Source: an uncultured Alphaproteobacteria bacterium (GTDB lineage Bacteria > Pseudomonadota > Alphaproteobacteria > HIMB59). From it: a stretch of DNA of 64,000 nucleotides. The translations under genes and the position numbers were made by a program. The stretch lies in assembly GCA_964422765.1 (NCBI GenBank), contig CAYRCI010000001.1, positions 35,026 through 99,025 of the forward strand. The letters are read 5' to 3'. Positions 38,318 through 47,325 of the stretch are shown one piece after another. The notes beneath the pieces were generated by a model that saw only the letters and a program-made list of their open reading frames with translations, was not told the origin of the DNA and made no database searches. The stretch's first letter is position 1, and each line of letters begins with the position of its first letter.

Positions 38318-39196
38318 ATGCAATTGTCAGCATTTATCTATAAGTCGCTGTCAGTATTTTTTTTTGTTTTAATGAGTGTTTGTATAAAGGCAACGGGTGA
38401 TCACATTCCATTATTTCAGGTTGTTTTCTTTCGTAATTTTTTCGCACTTCTTCCTTTATTCATAGTTATTTATGTCTACAAACTAGAACTAAAAACTATT
38501 AATAATTGGAAAATGCATATTGCCCGAGCTGTTTTGGGGATATCCGCAATGAGTTTATTTTTTATATCTTTGAGATATGTTCATTTAGTTGAGATGCAAA
38601 CTGTTAGCTTTTCTTCTGTTTTTTTTATTTCTATTTTATCTGTAATCTTTTTAGGAGAGAAAATTGGCTATCGAAGAATTATTGCAATCGTATTTGGGTT
38701 TATGGGTGTTGTAATAATATTGCAGCCTAATCAGAATATTTTTTCAAACTATTCCTTTCTGCCTCTAATCGCTAGTCTATTTTTATCTTTTGCAGTTATT
38801 ACTCTAAAAAAAATACTTAAAACCAACAATAATATCTTATCAGTTTGGATTTTTACAATGATGTGTACATTTATAAGCTTATGTTTTTATAATGATAGTT
38901 GGATTTGGCCTAATAAATTAGATTTATTATTTATGGTTTCATCTGGGATTTTAGGATTTATTGCTCAAATATGTTTAACAAAATCTTTTCAATTAGCAGA
39001 TGCTTCCCTGTTAGCACCATTAGACTTCTCATCTGTCATCTGGTCTTTCTTTTTAGGCTATTTATTTTTTAATGAAATTGTAACCACTAATATACTTATT
39101 GGGGGTTCTATTGTTTTAATTAGCGTTGGATATATTTTCTATCGAGAAAGAGTATTGAAGAAGAGAATAGTTTTAGGGGTTAATAAGCAATTTTAA
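38318..39196 (+). CDS. DMT-superfamily (EamA) transporter
   Basis: A 292-aa protein with 10 predicted TM segments in two EamA-like halves. Confidence 0.75.
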   Translation: MQLSAFIYKSLSVFFFVLMSVCIKATGDHIPLFQVVFFRNFFALLPLFIVIYVYKLELKTINNWKMHIARAVLGISAMSLFFISLRYVHLVEMQTVSFSSVFFISILSVIFLGEKIGYRRIIAIVFGFMGVVIILQPNQNIFSNYSFLPLIASLFLSFAVITLKKILKTNNNILSVWIFTMMCTFISLCFYNDSWIWPNKLDLLFMVSSGILGFIAQICLTKSFQLADASLLAPLDFSSVIWSFFLGYLFFNEIVTTNILIGGSIVLISVGYIFYRERVLKKRIVLGVNKQF

Positions 39197-39699
39197 GTTA
39201 GGAACTTAGAAATTACTCTTTCTAAAAATATTCCAGCAAAAATAACTAACCCTCCCCCTAAATAAACCTGCCAAAAACTTGTAAATAATTTACTTTTCAT
39301 ATATTTCCATTTAATCACCGCTATCAATGCAAGTTCAAAAACTGTTATTATTATCGCTAAATCTTTGGCTATATTAATATCCTCTATTAAAAAGGGTACC
39401 GTATGTAGCATTCCTCCAATAAATGTAGCAGCGCCAGTAATAATACCTCGGATCACAGGAGAGCCCCGTCCTGTTAATTTGCCGTCATCACTGATTGCCT
39501 CAGCTTGGCCCATACTTATCCCAGCACCCACAGAGACTAAAGTCCCTGCCATAAATGCAGTTTTAGCATCTCCAGAAACAGCAAAACCAAAAACAGGAGC
39601 TAGTGTTGAAATTGATCCATCCATAAAACCTAAAAGGGAGGGTTGAACAACTTTTAATAAAAATTGTTCCTCTTTATTTCGTTTAGGTAATTTTGTCAT
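39193..39699 (-). CDS. VIT1/CCC1-family membrane protein (putative Fe/Mn transporter domain)
   Basis: LLGFMDGSISTLAPVFG and glycine-rich TM segments resemble the VIT family. Short (168 aa). Its stop shares a TTAA with the EamA gene stop. Confidence 0.5.
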   Translation of the reverse strand: MTKLPKRNKEEQFLLKVVQPSLLGFMDGSISTLAPVFGFAVSGDAKTAFMAGTLVSVGAGISMGQAEAISDDGKLTGRGSPVIRGIITGAATFIGGMLHTVPFLIEDINIAKDLAIIITVFELALIAVIKWKYMKSKLFTSFWQVYLGGGLVIFAGIFLERVISKFLT

Positions 39700-39786
39700 T
39701 TTTATTTATTTTTCTATTATCTTTATTTTTAGATTATTTAATAGAACCAATTAGACATGATATTAATTATTTGATATTTAAAACTT

Positions 39787-40227
39787 ATGGAATACTTACA
39801 TACAATGGTACGAGTTACTAACGTGGAAGAGTCAATTGATTTTTACTGTAACAAATTAGGATTAGTAGAATTTTCAAGAATGGATAATGAAAAAGGAAGA
39901 TTTACATTAATTTTTTTATGTGCATCCAATGATTTGGATTTAGCAAAAGTGGGTAAAAAACCTTTGCTAGAATTAACCTATAATTGGGACCCAGAGAAAT
40001 ACAGTGGCGGTCGTAATTTTGGTCATTTAGCTTTTAGGGTTGATAATATTTATGAGCTTTGCCAAACTCTAATGGATAAAGGAGTTACAATTAACAGACC
40101 GCCAAGAGACGGTCATATGGCTTTTATAAAATCTCCCGATGGCATTTCTATAGAGCTCTTACAAAAAGGCAAAAATCTAGAGCCTCAGGAACCATGGCTA
40201 TCAATGCAGAACAGTGGGACTTGGTAA
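39787..40227 (+). CDS. gloA: Lactoylglutathione lyase (glyoxalase I)
   Basis: YLHTMVRVTNVEESIDFYCNKLGL, LELTYNW, GHLAFRVDNI and IELLQ match the VOC-family glyoxalase I pattern. Confidence 0.85.
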   Translation: MEYLHTMVRVTNVEESIDFYCNKLGLVEFSRMDNEKGRFTLIFLCASNDLDLAKVGKKPLLELTYNWDPEKYSGGRNFGHLAFRVDNIYELCQTLMDKGVTINRPPRDGHMAFIKSPDGISIELLQKGKNLEPQEPWLSMQNSGTW

Positions 40228-40230
40228 TTA

Positions 40231-40512
40231 TTAAATTTCAGAGAGTTTTTTCTGCAATTCTTCTTTAGATAGCGAACCGTTGTGCTGAGCTATAATATCT
40301 AATGCTTTTCTAAGAATATCATCATCACCTGGTTCCTCTAAGTCAGATAGTACAATTTCTTTCAGGAGTTCTTTATTATCAGATTGACCAATATGCTCTA
40401 AAACAAACTGTGCAAATACTTTGTTTCTAGAATTTCTTTGATCAAATTCAGATTGTTCTTTATGACTTTGTTCAGCTTCAAAAGCTCTTTCTCTATCTTT
40501 AAATTTATCCAT
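40231..40512 (-). CDS. DUF1476-type protein, F1-ATPase inhibitor zeta-subunit-like
   Basis: A 93-aa protein. The N-terminal FKDRERAFEAEQSHKEQSEFDQRNSRNK and the central DLEEPGDDDILRKAL match the alphaproteobacterial DUF1476/zeta pattern as I recall it from Paracoccus. Confidence 0.65.
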   Translation of the reverse strand: MDKFKDRERAFEAEQSHKEQSEFDQRNSRNKVFAQFVLEHIGQSDNKELLKEIVLSDLEEPGDDDILRKALDIIAQHNGSLSKEELQKKLSEI

Positions 40513-40519
40513 AGATTTA

Positions 40520-42040
40520 TTATTTCATAGTTGGCATGTTCAGTGAAGCCCCTGCGACATCATCTGGCCATCTCGAGGTAATAGTCTTTCTTTTGGTATA
40601 AAAGTTAATACCTTCTTGACCATGCATTCCATGACCACCAAAAATTGACCCTTTCCAGCCTCCAAAACTATAAAAAGCCATAGGTACAGGGATAGGGACG
40701 TTAATTCCAACCATTCCTATTTGAGCATTTTTCATAAAGGTTCTAGCTGCTGTTCCATTTGAAGTGTATATGGAAGTTCCATTTCCAAATTCATGTTTGT
40801 TAACCATTTCAAGTGCGTCCTCGAACTGATCGAGGTTAACAACAGATAGCACAGGGCCAAAAATTTCTTCTTTGTATATGGTCATATTACTCGTGACGTC
40901 ATTAAAAATAGTAGGACCAACGAAGTTTCCATTTTCAAAACCCTGAAGATTAACGTTTCTACCATCCATTTCTAATTTGGCACCCTCGCTAATACCTTTT
41001 TCAATGTAGCCCAAAACTTTTTCTTTATGTTCCTTGGTAATTAATGGACCCATCTCACTTTGAGGGTCTAGAGACGCTCCAATTTTAATTTTGGATGCTT
41101 TATCTTTAAGTAATTCCATAAAAGGTTTTTGTATATTACCTATTGGCATTGCAACAGATGTAGCCATACATCTTTCGCCAGCTGAACCAAAAGCAGCTCC
41201 AATTAAACCGTTAACAGCATCCTCTAAGTTTGCATCTTCCATAATTATCATATGGTTTTTTGCACCACCAAGTGCTTGAACTTTTTTATTATATTTTGCT
41301 GACTCAGTATAAATATACTGGGCAACAGGAGTGGACCCTACAAAACTGACTGCTGAAATATCAGATGATTGTAAAATCATATCTACAACAGTTTTATCTC
41401 CATTGATAACATTTAGAACATTATCGGGAAGGCCAGCTTCAGACATTAACTCTGCTAATCGAAGAGAGCATTGAGGAACTTTCTCTGAAGGTTTTAAGAG
41501 AAAAGCATTACCGCATGCAATAGATATTGGAAACATCCACATAGGCACCATCGCAGGAAAATTGAAAGGTGTAATGCCTGCACAAATGCCTAACGGTTGG
41601 CGAATATCAAATGAGTCAACATTTGTACCTACGTTTACAGAGTGACTCCCTTTTAGTAAATGAGGTATGCCACAGGCAAAGTCTACAACTTCTAGACCTC
41701 TTTGAAGAGATCCCTTAGCATCAGAAAATACCTTACCGTGTTCTTCAGAAATAATTTTTGCAATATTATCAAAATCTTTTTCAATTAGATTTTTATATTT
41801 AAAAAGAATAGAGCTTCTTTTTGTAATAGCTGTATCCGCCCAAATAGCTTGAGCTAGTTTCATTGATTGTATAGTTTTATCAAAGTCCTGTTTGGAAGTG
41901 ATTTGAACTTCGGCGTATTGCTCGCCTGTAGTGGGTTTGAAAAGTGGAATAGATTTATTTCCAGAAAAATCAGCCTTTTTACCGCCTACAAAGTTTCCTA
42001 TTTTTAACATTGATACGTTAAAATATTGAAAGTTTTTCAA
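40520..42040 (-). CDS. mmsA: Methylmalonate-semialdehyde dehydrogenase (CoA-acylating)
   Basis: ALDH fold with catalytic-Cys context GSAGERCMA, and the C-terminal MMSDH-typical FGGWKGSIFG...G.EGINFYTKRKTITSRW. TTG start. Confidence 0.9.
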   Translation of the reverse strand: MKNFQYFNVSMLKIGNFVGGKKADFSGNKSIPLFKPTTGEQYAEVQITSKQDFDKTIQSMKLAQAIWADTAITKRSSILFKYKNLIEKDFDNIAKIISEEHGKVFSDAKGSLQRGLEVVDFACGIPHLLKGSHSVNVGTNVDSFDIRQPLGICAGITPFNFPAMVPMWMFPISIACGNAFLLKPSEKVPQCSLRLAELMSEAGLPDNVLNVINGDKTVVDMILQSSDISAVSFVGSTPVAQYIYTESAKYNKKVQALGGAKNHMIIMEDANLEDAVNGLIGAAFGSAGERCMATSVAMPIGNIQKPFMELLKDKASKIKIGASLDPQSEMGPLITKEHKEKVLGYIEKGISEGAKLEMDGRNVNLQGFENGNFVGPTIFNDVTSNMTIYKEEIFGPVLSVVNLDQFEDALEMVNKHEFGNGTSIYTSNGTAARTFMKNAQIGMVGINVPIPVPMAFYSFGGWKGSIFGGHGMHGQEGINFYTKRKTITSRWPDDVAGASLNMPTMK

Positions 42041-42089
42041 ATGTAAATCCTAAATTCATTGATTTTAATAACATTGTTGCTACAATTTT

Positions 42090-42185
42090 TTATTAACAGG
42101 GGTGCTCAATTGAGCTGAGAAAGAAATGTTCTTAACCCTCGAACCTGAACCGGATAATGCCGGCGTAGGAAGTTTACCTACCACG
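42090..42185 (+). promoter_or_regulatory. TPP (THI-box) riboswitch
   Basis: ACAGGGGTGCTCAATTGAGCTGAGAAAG...TTAACCCTCGAACCTGAACCGGATAATGCCGGCGTAGGAAG contains every conserved THI-element block (GGGGUGC, CUGAGA, ACCC, GAACCUGA, GGAUAAUGCC, GCGUAGGAAG). It lies about 40 nt upstream of thiB. Boundaries are approximate. Confidence 0.92.
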
Positions 42186-42220
42186 CTATCATGGTTCTTT
42201 GTTAATGAAAGGTATTAACG

Positions 42221-43192
42221 ATGAACTTAAAACTTATATTTATTATACTATTATTTCCCTTCACTATATTTGCGCAAAGTGAATTAAAAATTTTTACTTA
42301 TGGGTCATTTAATTCAGATTGGGGCCCCGGACCTAATATAGAGAAATCGTTTGAAGAAGTTTGCGAATGTGACCTTATTTGGAGCACTTCCGACTCCTCT
42401 GGAGCGCTACTCTCTAAAGTTAAACTCACTAATAACAAAGAAGGGTACGACCTAATTTTAGGGTTAGACGACTCTTTGATGAGGGAAGCTGAAGATACAC
42501 AACTATTTCAAAAACATAATATCGATACTTCAGGTCTAACTATAAACTGGGATAACGATTATTTTACTCCATTCGATTATGGTTTTTTTAGTTTTATTTA
42601 TAATAGCGATAAGATTTCAAACCCACCTAGATCGTTAACTGATTTAGCCAAACGGAATGATTTATCAATTATTATTATGGACCCTCGGTATTCTACTCCT
42701 GGTTTAGGTTTGGCGAAATGGATTTATCAAGTGTTTGGAGATCAATCGACTGATTATTGGAAGAGCATCAATGACCAGATCGTGATTACTTCTAAAAGCT
42801 GGTCTGATGGCTATGGTTTGTTTTTAGAGGGAGAGTCAGACCTAGTCTTGAGTTACTCAACATCTCCTGCTTATCATTCATTAATTGAAAATGATAATAA
42901 TTATCGTTCGTTGGATTTAAGTGACGGGCACGCATCTCAAATAGAAGTACTGGGGATATTGAACAATGCATCTAATTTAGAATTAGCTAAACAATTTGTA
43001 GCTTTCTCCTTAACGGAAAGTTTTCAACAACATATACCTCAGGGTAATTGGATGTACCCAGTCTTAGATTTACAGTCATCACAATCTAATTTTTATTCAG
43101 CCGCACCAATACCCAAATCCCTTCAACAACTTTATCCGTCTCAAAGTGAAAAGCAAAATTGGATTGATAGTTGGAAAAAATCTATTGATTAA
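42221..43192 (+). CDS. thiB: Thiamine/thiamine-precursor ABC transporter substrate-binding protein
   Basis: Signal peptide. About 323-aa SBP of the ThiB/Fe3+/polyamine cluster. Sits directly behind a TPP riboswitch and ahead of the ThiP and ThiQ homologues. Confidence 0.8.
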   Translation: MNLKLIFIILLFPFTIFAQSELKIFTYGSFNSDWGPGPNIEKSFEEVCECDLIWSTSDSSGALLSKVKLTNNKEGYDLILGLDDSLMREAEDTQLFQKHNIDTSGLTINWDNDYFTPFDYGFFSFIYNSDKISNPPRSLTDLAKRNDLSIIIMDPRYSTPGLGLAKWIYQVFGDQSTDYWKSINDQIVITSKSWSDGYGLFLEGESDLVLSYSTSPAYHSLIENDNNYRSLDLSDGHASQIEVLGILNNASNLELAKQFVAFSLTESFQQHIPQGNWMYPVLDLQSSQSNFYSAAPIPKSLQQLYPSQSEKQNWIDSWKKSID

Positions 43193-44762
43193 TAGGCTTA
43201 ATATTCAAAAAGGGGTATTTTTTTTAGGATTCCCTTATTTGCTCTATCTAGCATTTATAATAAGCCTAGCTTACGTAGTAGTAGAATATTTTTTTTATTC
43301 GGAAGAACAAAAATTTATTCTACAAGATTACTATTCAGTTTTTCTTTTTACGTTTTATCAAGCATTTTTAGCAACATTGATATCTATAATATTTGGTTTC
43401 ATATTTGCTGTAGTTTTTTACCTTTCTCCTATTAATCATAAGTTTATATCCTCGTTATTAAATATTTGTTTTATCATACCAGTAATATTTATTTCCTATG
43501 GAGTAATTAATATTTTTAGCTCAAATGGATTCTTATCTGACTTGGCTATACTCATCGATGTTAATTATGATTTAAATATTTTTTCTTTTTTTGGAATAAT
43601 ATTTGTTACTTCATATTTTAATATAGCTTTTAATGCTAATTTTTTTTATCGAAAATTATTATCGATACCGGAGAACTACTTAAAACTTTTTAAATCAAAT
43701 AATATTAGTTTTTTAGATGCCGTGAAAATTCCATTGAGACACTACTTACTCAGCGGCTATGCCAATGTGGTGATTTTGACTTTCATATTCTGCATTGGTA
43801 ATTTTACAATCATTTATTTATTTGCGGGTTCACCTAGCCTTAGTACCTTAGAGTTAGCGATATATGAGAGTTTAAATTTCAAAGCTGATATATATTCAGC
43901 TTTAATTTTAGGGATTATTCAATTATTTATGGTATTAATTCTTTCAATTCCATTTTTTTACAATAACCCTAGTTTTAACTTAGTATCTTCTACCAGAAGA
44001 AGTTCCTATTACCCCTTTCGGGGTAATCTAATAGTTTATTTCATAACTTTTTGGGCATTAGTATTTTTGATTAGCCCCTTTTTTATCTTATTTAACGGTC
44101 TAGCAAATTTTAGTTTTGATATTCTCTCATCTCTAACCTTTTATCAAAGTTTTATAAATAGTTTTTCAGTATCAATTATCTCATTATTTCTCGCGCTAAT
44201 ATTGAGTCTTTCATCTCTTTATTTATACAGGTTTATGCAAGAGCGAAATATATTTATAAATAAATACTTGTTTTTATCTATTGCCGCTATGGCATTTATC
44301 CCTTCTTTAAGCTTGTCGGCAATTATTTTTTTAGTCAATATAAAATTAAATTTTATTCTTTCTAATTTTATTTGCGTTGCCCTTATCAATAGCTTTTTTG
44401 TTACTCCTGTAGTATTTATATTTCTTTTAACTAGGTTTTTACAAAACTATCAGAATGCTTTTAAATTATGCAGCTTATATAAAATCAATCCATTAACTAG
44501 ATTTTTTAAAATTGATCTATTTTTTATTAAAGAGGAGCTTTTAATAATTTCTGCTGCAGTATTTGTTCTTAGTTTTGGTGATTTAACCTCTGTTACTATA
44601 TTTAACGATCAATCTTTTATGACAGTTCCATATTATATATCTCAGCTCTACAGTAGCTATCGATACAATGATTCTTTCTTTGTTCTTTCAGTATTCGTAT
44701 TAATCATTTTTTTTATAGTATACCTATCATCCAAATTTGTTTCTTCTCATGCTAAAAATTAA
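43146..44762 (+). CDS. thiP: Thiamine ABC transporter permease (double-length, two permease modules)
   Basis: A 538-aa, very hydrophobic, duplicated BPD_transp_1 architecture, as in ThiP. The GTG start overlaps thiB by 47 nt, so the start is uncertain. Confidence 0.78.
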   Translation: MKSKIGLIVGKNLLINRLNIQKGVFFLGFPYLLYLAFIISLAYVVVEYFFYSEEQKFILQDYYSVFLFTFYQAFLATLISIIFGFIFAVVFYLSPINHKFISSLLNICFIIPVIFISYGVINIFSSNGFLSDLAILIDVNYDLNIFSFFGIIFVTSYFNIAFNANFFYRKLLSIPENYLKLFKSNNISFLDAVKIPLRHYLLSGYANVVILTFIFCIGNFTIIYLFAGSPSLSTLELAIYESLNFKADIYSALILGIIQLFMVLILSIPFFYNNPSFNLVSSTRRSSYYPFRGNLIVYFITFWALVFLISPFFILFNGLANFSFDILSSLTFYQSFINSFSVSIISLFLALILSLSSLYLYRFMQERNIFINKYLFLSIAAMAFIPSLSLSAIIFLVNIKLNFILSNFICVALINSFFVTPVVFIFLLTRFLQNYQNAFKLCSLYKINPLTRFFKIDLFFIKEELLIISAAVFVLSFGDLTSVTIFNDQSFMTVPYYISQLYSSYRYNDSFFVLSVFVLIIFFIVYLSSKFVSSHAKN

Positions 44763-45453
44763 ACATTTAAAATATTCGGTCCAAGAGTTTGTATGCAATT
44801 ATCATTGCCCAAATATCTCAGAGGGCATCATCGGAGTAGTTGGAAGAAGTGGGTCAGGTAAATCAACTTTATTCAATTTAATAGCTGGTTATCTTTCTCA
44901 AAATTATGGCAAAATTTTAATTGATGATAATGATATTTCAAATATGGAAGTAGGTAATAGAGACATTTCAATCTTATTTCAAAGTTTTAATAATTTTGAT
45001 CATCTTTCTATTTTTCAAAATATTATTTTAGGCATAGATCCAAAAATGAAAAAGCATAACGATAACATTCAATTAGTTAATAAAGCCATGAAACAACTAG
45101 ACTTAAAGATGCCCATGGAAACAATAGTCAATACCTTATCAGGGGGTGAACAGCAGCGAGTCTCATTAGCTAGAGCTTTCATAAGAAAAAATCCAGTTTT
45201 ATTACTAGATGAACCTTTTAATTCTCTAGATCCGGGGCTAAGAAAGACTTTGTATAAAGATTTGGTTCGTATTACTAAATTCAATCCTAAAATGACTATT
45301 TTGATAAGCAGTCATTACATAGAGGAGTTAAAATCGATTACGAATAAATTTATCTATATTGACCAAGGAAGAATTTATAAGAGTGCACTATTAACTTATA
45401 ATGAACTTCTATCAGCTAAAAACTTTAAGTTATATATGGAAGAAAAGATTTAA
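44749..45453 (+). CDS. thiQ: Thiamine ABC transporter ATP-binding protein
   Basis: Walker A GRSGSGKST, signature LSGGEQQRVSLARAF, Walker B VLLLDEPFNSLD. Start placed at ATG 44749 (MLKIKHLKY), giving a 14-nt overlap with thiP. Confidence 0.82.
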   Translation: MLKIKHLKYSVQEFVCNYHCPNISEGIIGVVGRSGSGKSTLFNLIAGYLSQNYGKILIDDNDISNMEVGNRDISILFQSFNNFDHLSIFQNIILGIDPKMKKHNDNIQLVNKAMKQLDLKMPMETIVNTLSGGEQQRVSLARAFIRKNPVLLLDEPFNSLDPGLRKTLYKDLVRITKFNPKMTILISSHYIEELKSITNKFIYIDQGRIYKSALLTYNELLSAKNFKLYMEEKI

Positions 45454-46195
45454 GTTTATCATATGGTTTAAAATTTAAGGGCTTCCTAGATATTTTAGAA
45501 ATTTGTAATTGATACAAAAAATCTAATAAGACACAAATAGGAAGGTAATGCTCTATCTCTTTAAATTTAATATTATTGGAAGTTGCTAATATTTCTAATT
45601 GTTTTTTATTAAAATTTTCTAAATAAGACAGCATAGCTAGATCAAATCCAGCTGTTGAAATGGTGCAATAATCCCAATCAATAAAAATACAATTAGTTTT
45701 ATTAGTAAAAATATTATTAAAGTGTAAATCACCATGACAAATTGTATTTTGTTCATAGGCTCCTATGTAATTTTTTACTTTTTGAGAATTTATTTTTAAT
45801 TGTTTTAAAGCGTAATCATTTGATAAAATTTTTAGGGTTAGACTTATTTTATCATTTAAACTAATTATGCCTTTAAGTTCTTTTAATTTTTGTAATTTCT
45901 TCAAAGAAATTGAAAATTTTTTCAAATTTATTGAAAAAAAATTATTGATATTAGGGTGTTTGTGATCTTTTATTGTATCTAAGATTAAAATCTGATTTGA
46001 AATAATCTGATGCCCCACTGTTAATTTATTTTTAAAAAGTGTATTTAAGTTATTTTTATGAGTTGTTAAAGATAGGGGGCAATTTAAATCAAAATATTTG
46101 TTTTTTTTATATATTTTTAAAAATTTAGGTCCTTTTTTATCATGAATTCGATATAGCTTTGAAAAGCTATTGTTTTTCAACTGTTCTAGAAGCAT
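45425..46195 (-). CDS. APH/choline-kinase-fold phosphotransferase, possible thiamine kinase (ThiK-like)
   Basis: Brenner motif CHGDLHFNN and the metal-binding IDWDY of the aminoglycoside/choline/thiamine kinase family. Convergent with thiQ, overlapping it by 29 nt. Confidence 0.6.
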   Translation of the reverse strand: MLLEQLKNNSFSKLYRIHDKKGPKFLKIYKKNKYFDLNCPLSLTTHKNNLNTLFKNKLTVGHQIISNQILILDTIKDHKHPNINNFFSINLKKFSISLKKLQKLKELKGIISLNDKISLTLKILSNDYALKQLKINSQKVKNYIGAYEQNTICHGDLHFNNIFTNKTNCIFIDWDYCTISTAGFDLAMLSYLENFNKKQLEILATSNNIKFKEIEHYLPICVLLDFLYQLQISKISRKPLNFKPYDKLKSFLPYIT

Positions 46196-46369
46196 CTTTT
46201 AAAGTGATGTGTTAAAATTCACATTGTTTTTTATGAATTATTCTATACTAATCTCTTCATAATAATTAAGGCTAATTATAATTGAATACTATTTCTTAAG
46301 TTTCCCCAAAAAACATAGTTAGAAGATTTAATATTAGTTAACCTTATGAATACTAAGAAAGGTAATACT

Positions 46370-46573
46370 ATGACGATCGGAACAGTTAAATGGTTTAACC
46401 CCAAAAAAGGTTATGGGTTTATAGCTCCTGAGGGCGAAGATAAAGATATCTTTGTTCACATAACAGCTGTTCAACAAGCAGGATTAGACCGCCTTAATGA
46501 AGGGGATAAAGTCGAATTTGAAATTGTTGAAGATAAAGGCAAAGCTAAAGCTGACAATTTAAAAAAAGTTTAA
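46370..46573 (+). CDS. Cold-shock protein (CspA family)
   Basis: [15 protein letters not shown] (RNP-1) and DIFVHITA (RNP-2). Start placed at the second ATG (46370), which gives the usual 67-aa size; the ORF-track start is 46346. Confidence 0.92.
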   Translation: MTIGTVKWFNPKKGYGFIAPEGEDKDIFVHITAVQQAGLDRLNEGDKVEFEIVEDKGKAKADNLKKV

Positions 46574-47325
46574 ATACTTTTTCGTAAACTTTTTATTTTA
46601 TCGTAGGCTTGATTTATCACAGATAGTCTGTCTTCAGATTTAATAATTAATTCTTGAGGTACGCCCTGAGATCTTAATTGATCAGGGTGTAGCTCTTTAT
46701 TAAATTTAATCCACGTATTTCTAATTTCACTATCAGAAGCTTCTTTAGAAACACCTAAAATTTTGTATGGGTTAGATTGCTTATCTAACCAGATCGATTG
46801 AATACTCTCGTATTGCACCCTATTTAAACCAAAATATTTTGCACAGTTTTCAATAAAATTTATTTCTGGATTACTGATTTCGCCATCTGCCTCCGCAATA
46901 AAAAATAGTAAATTTATTATTTGTTCTAAAACTTGAGGTTGCCCCCTAAACAACATACCTAGCTGTTGAGCATATTGATGAAAGTCATCCGTACTTTTTT
47001 TTGCCTCATTAAAAATTTTTCCAACATCACTTTGAAAGTCAGGGGGTATTTTAAATTTTTCTCTAAAAGCCTTAATTTCGTCAGTTGTCACTTGCCCATC
47101 TGCTTTAGCTAATTTTGCAGATAAAATAATTATTCCGATGGTGATAATTTCTTGAGGTGTTTCTATATTTTCTTGATAAGTAGATGATTGACTTCTTATT
47201 TTATCAACACTATGCCCGGCGATAACACCTAGAAGTGCACCAATCGGCCCTCCCAACGCAAACCCAAATGTCCCAGCAAGTAATTTCCCCCATATGCTCA
47301 TGCTAAAAGTTTGCTCGATATCCAA
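46570..47325 (-). CDS. djlA: DjlA-type co-chaperone (N-terminal TM, TerB-like domain, C-terminal J domain)
   Basis: An N-terminal glycine-rich TM segment, a central TerB-like region ([16 protein letters not shown]...[12 protein letters not shown]) and a C-terminal J domain ([31 protein letters not shown]). TTG start. Confidence 0.72.
   Translation of the reverse strand: MDIEQTFSMSIWGKLLAGTFGFALGGPIGALLGVIAGHSVDKIRSQSSTYQENIETPQEIITIGIIILSAKLAKADGQVTTDEIKAFREKFKIPPDFQSDVGKIFNEAKKSTDDFHQYAQQLGMLFRGQPQVLEQIINLLFFIAEADGEISNPEINFIENCAKYFGLNRVQYESIQSIWLDKQSNPYKILGVSKEASDSEIRNTWIKFNKELHPDQLRSQGVPQELIIKSEDRLSVINQAYDKIKSLRKSI

Noticed and set aside
46559-46573. An apparent one-nucleotide discrepancy in my hand count of the A-run at the csp/djlA junction, which could have suggested a frameshift.
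   Set aside because: The ORF track, computed from the same sequence, gives clean in-frame stops for both genes, and downstream coordinates agree with my counts. I attribute it to my own counting error in a homopolymer. My non-ORF coordinates may be off by 1-2 nt.
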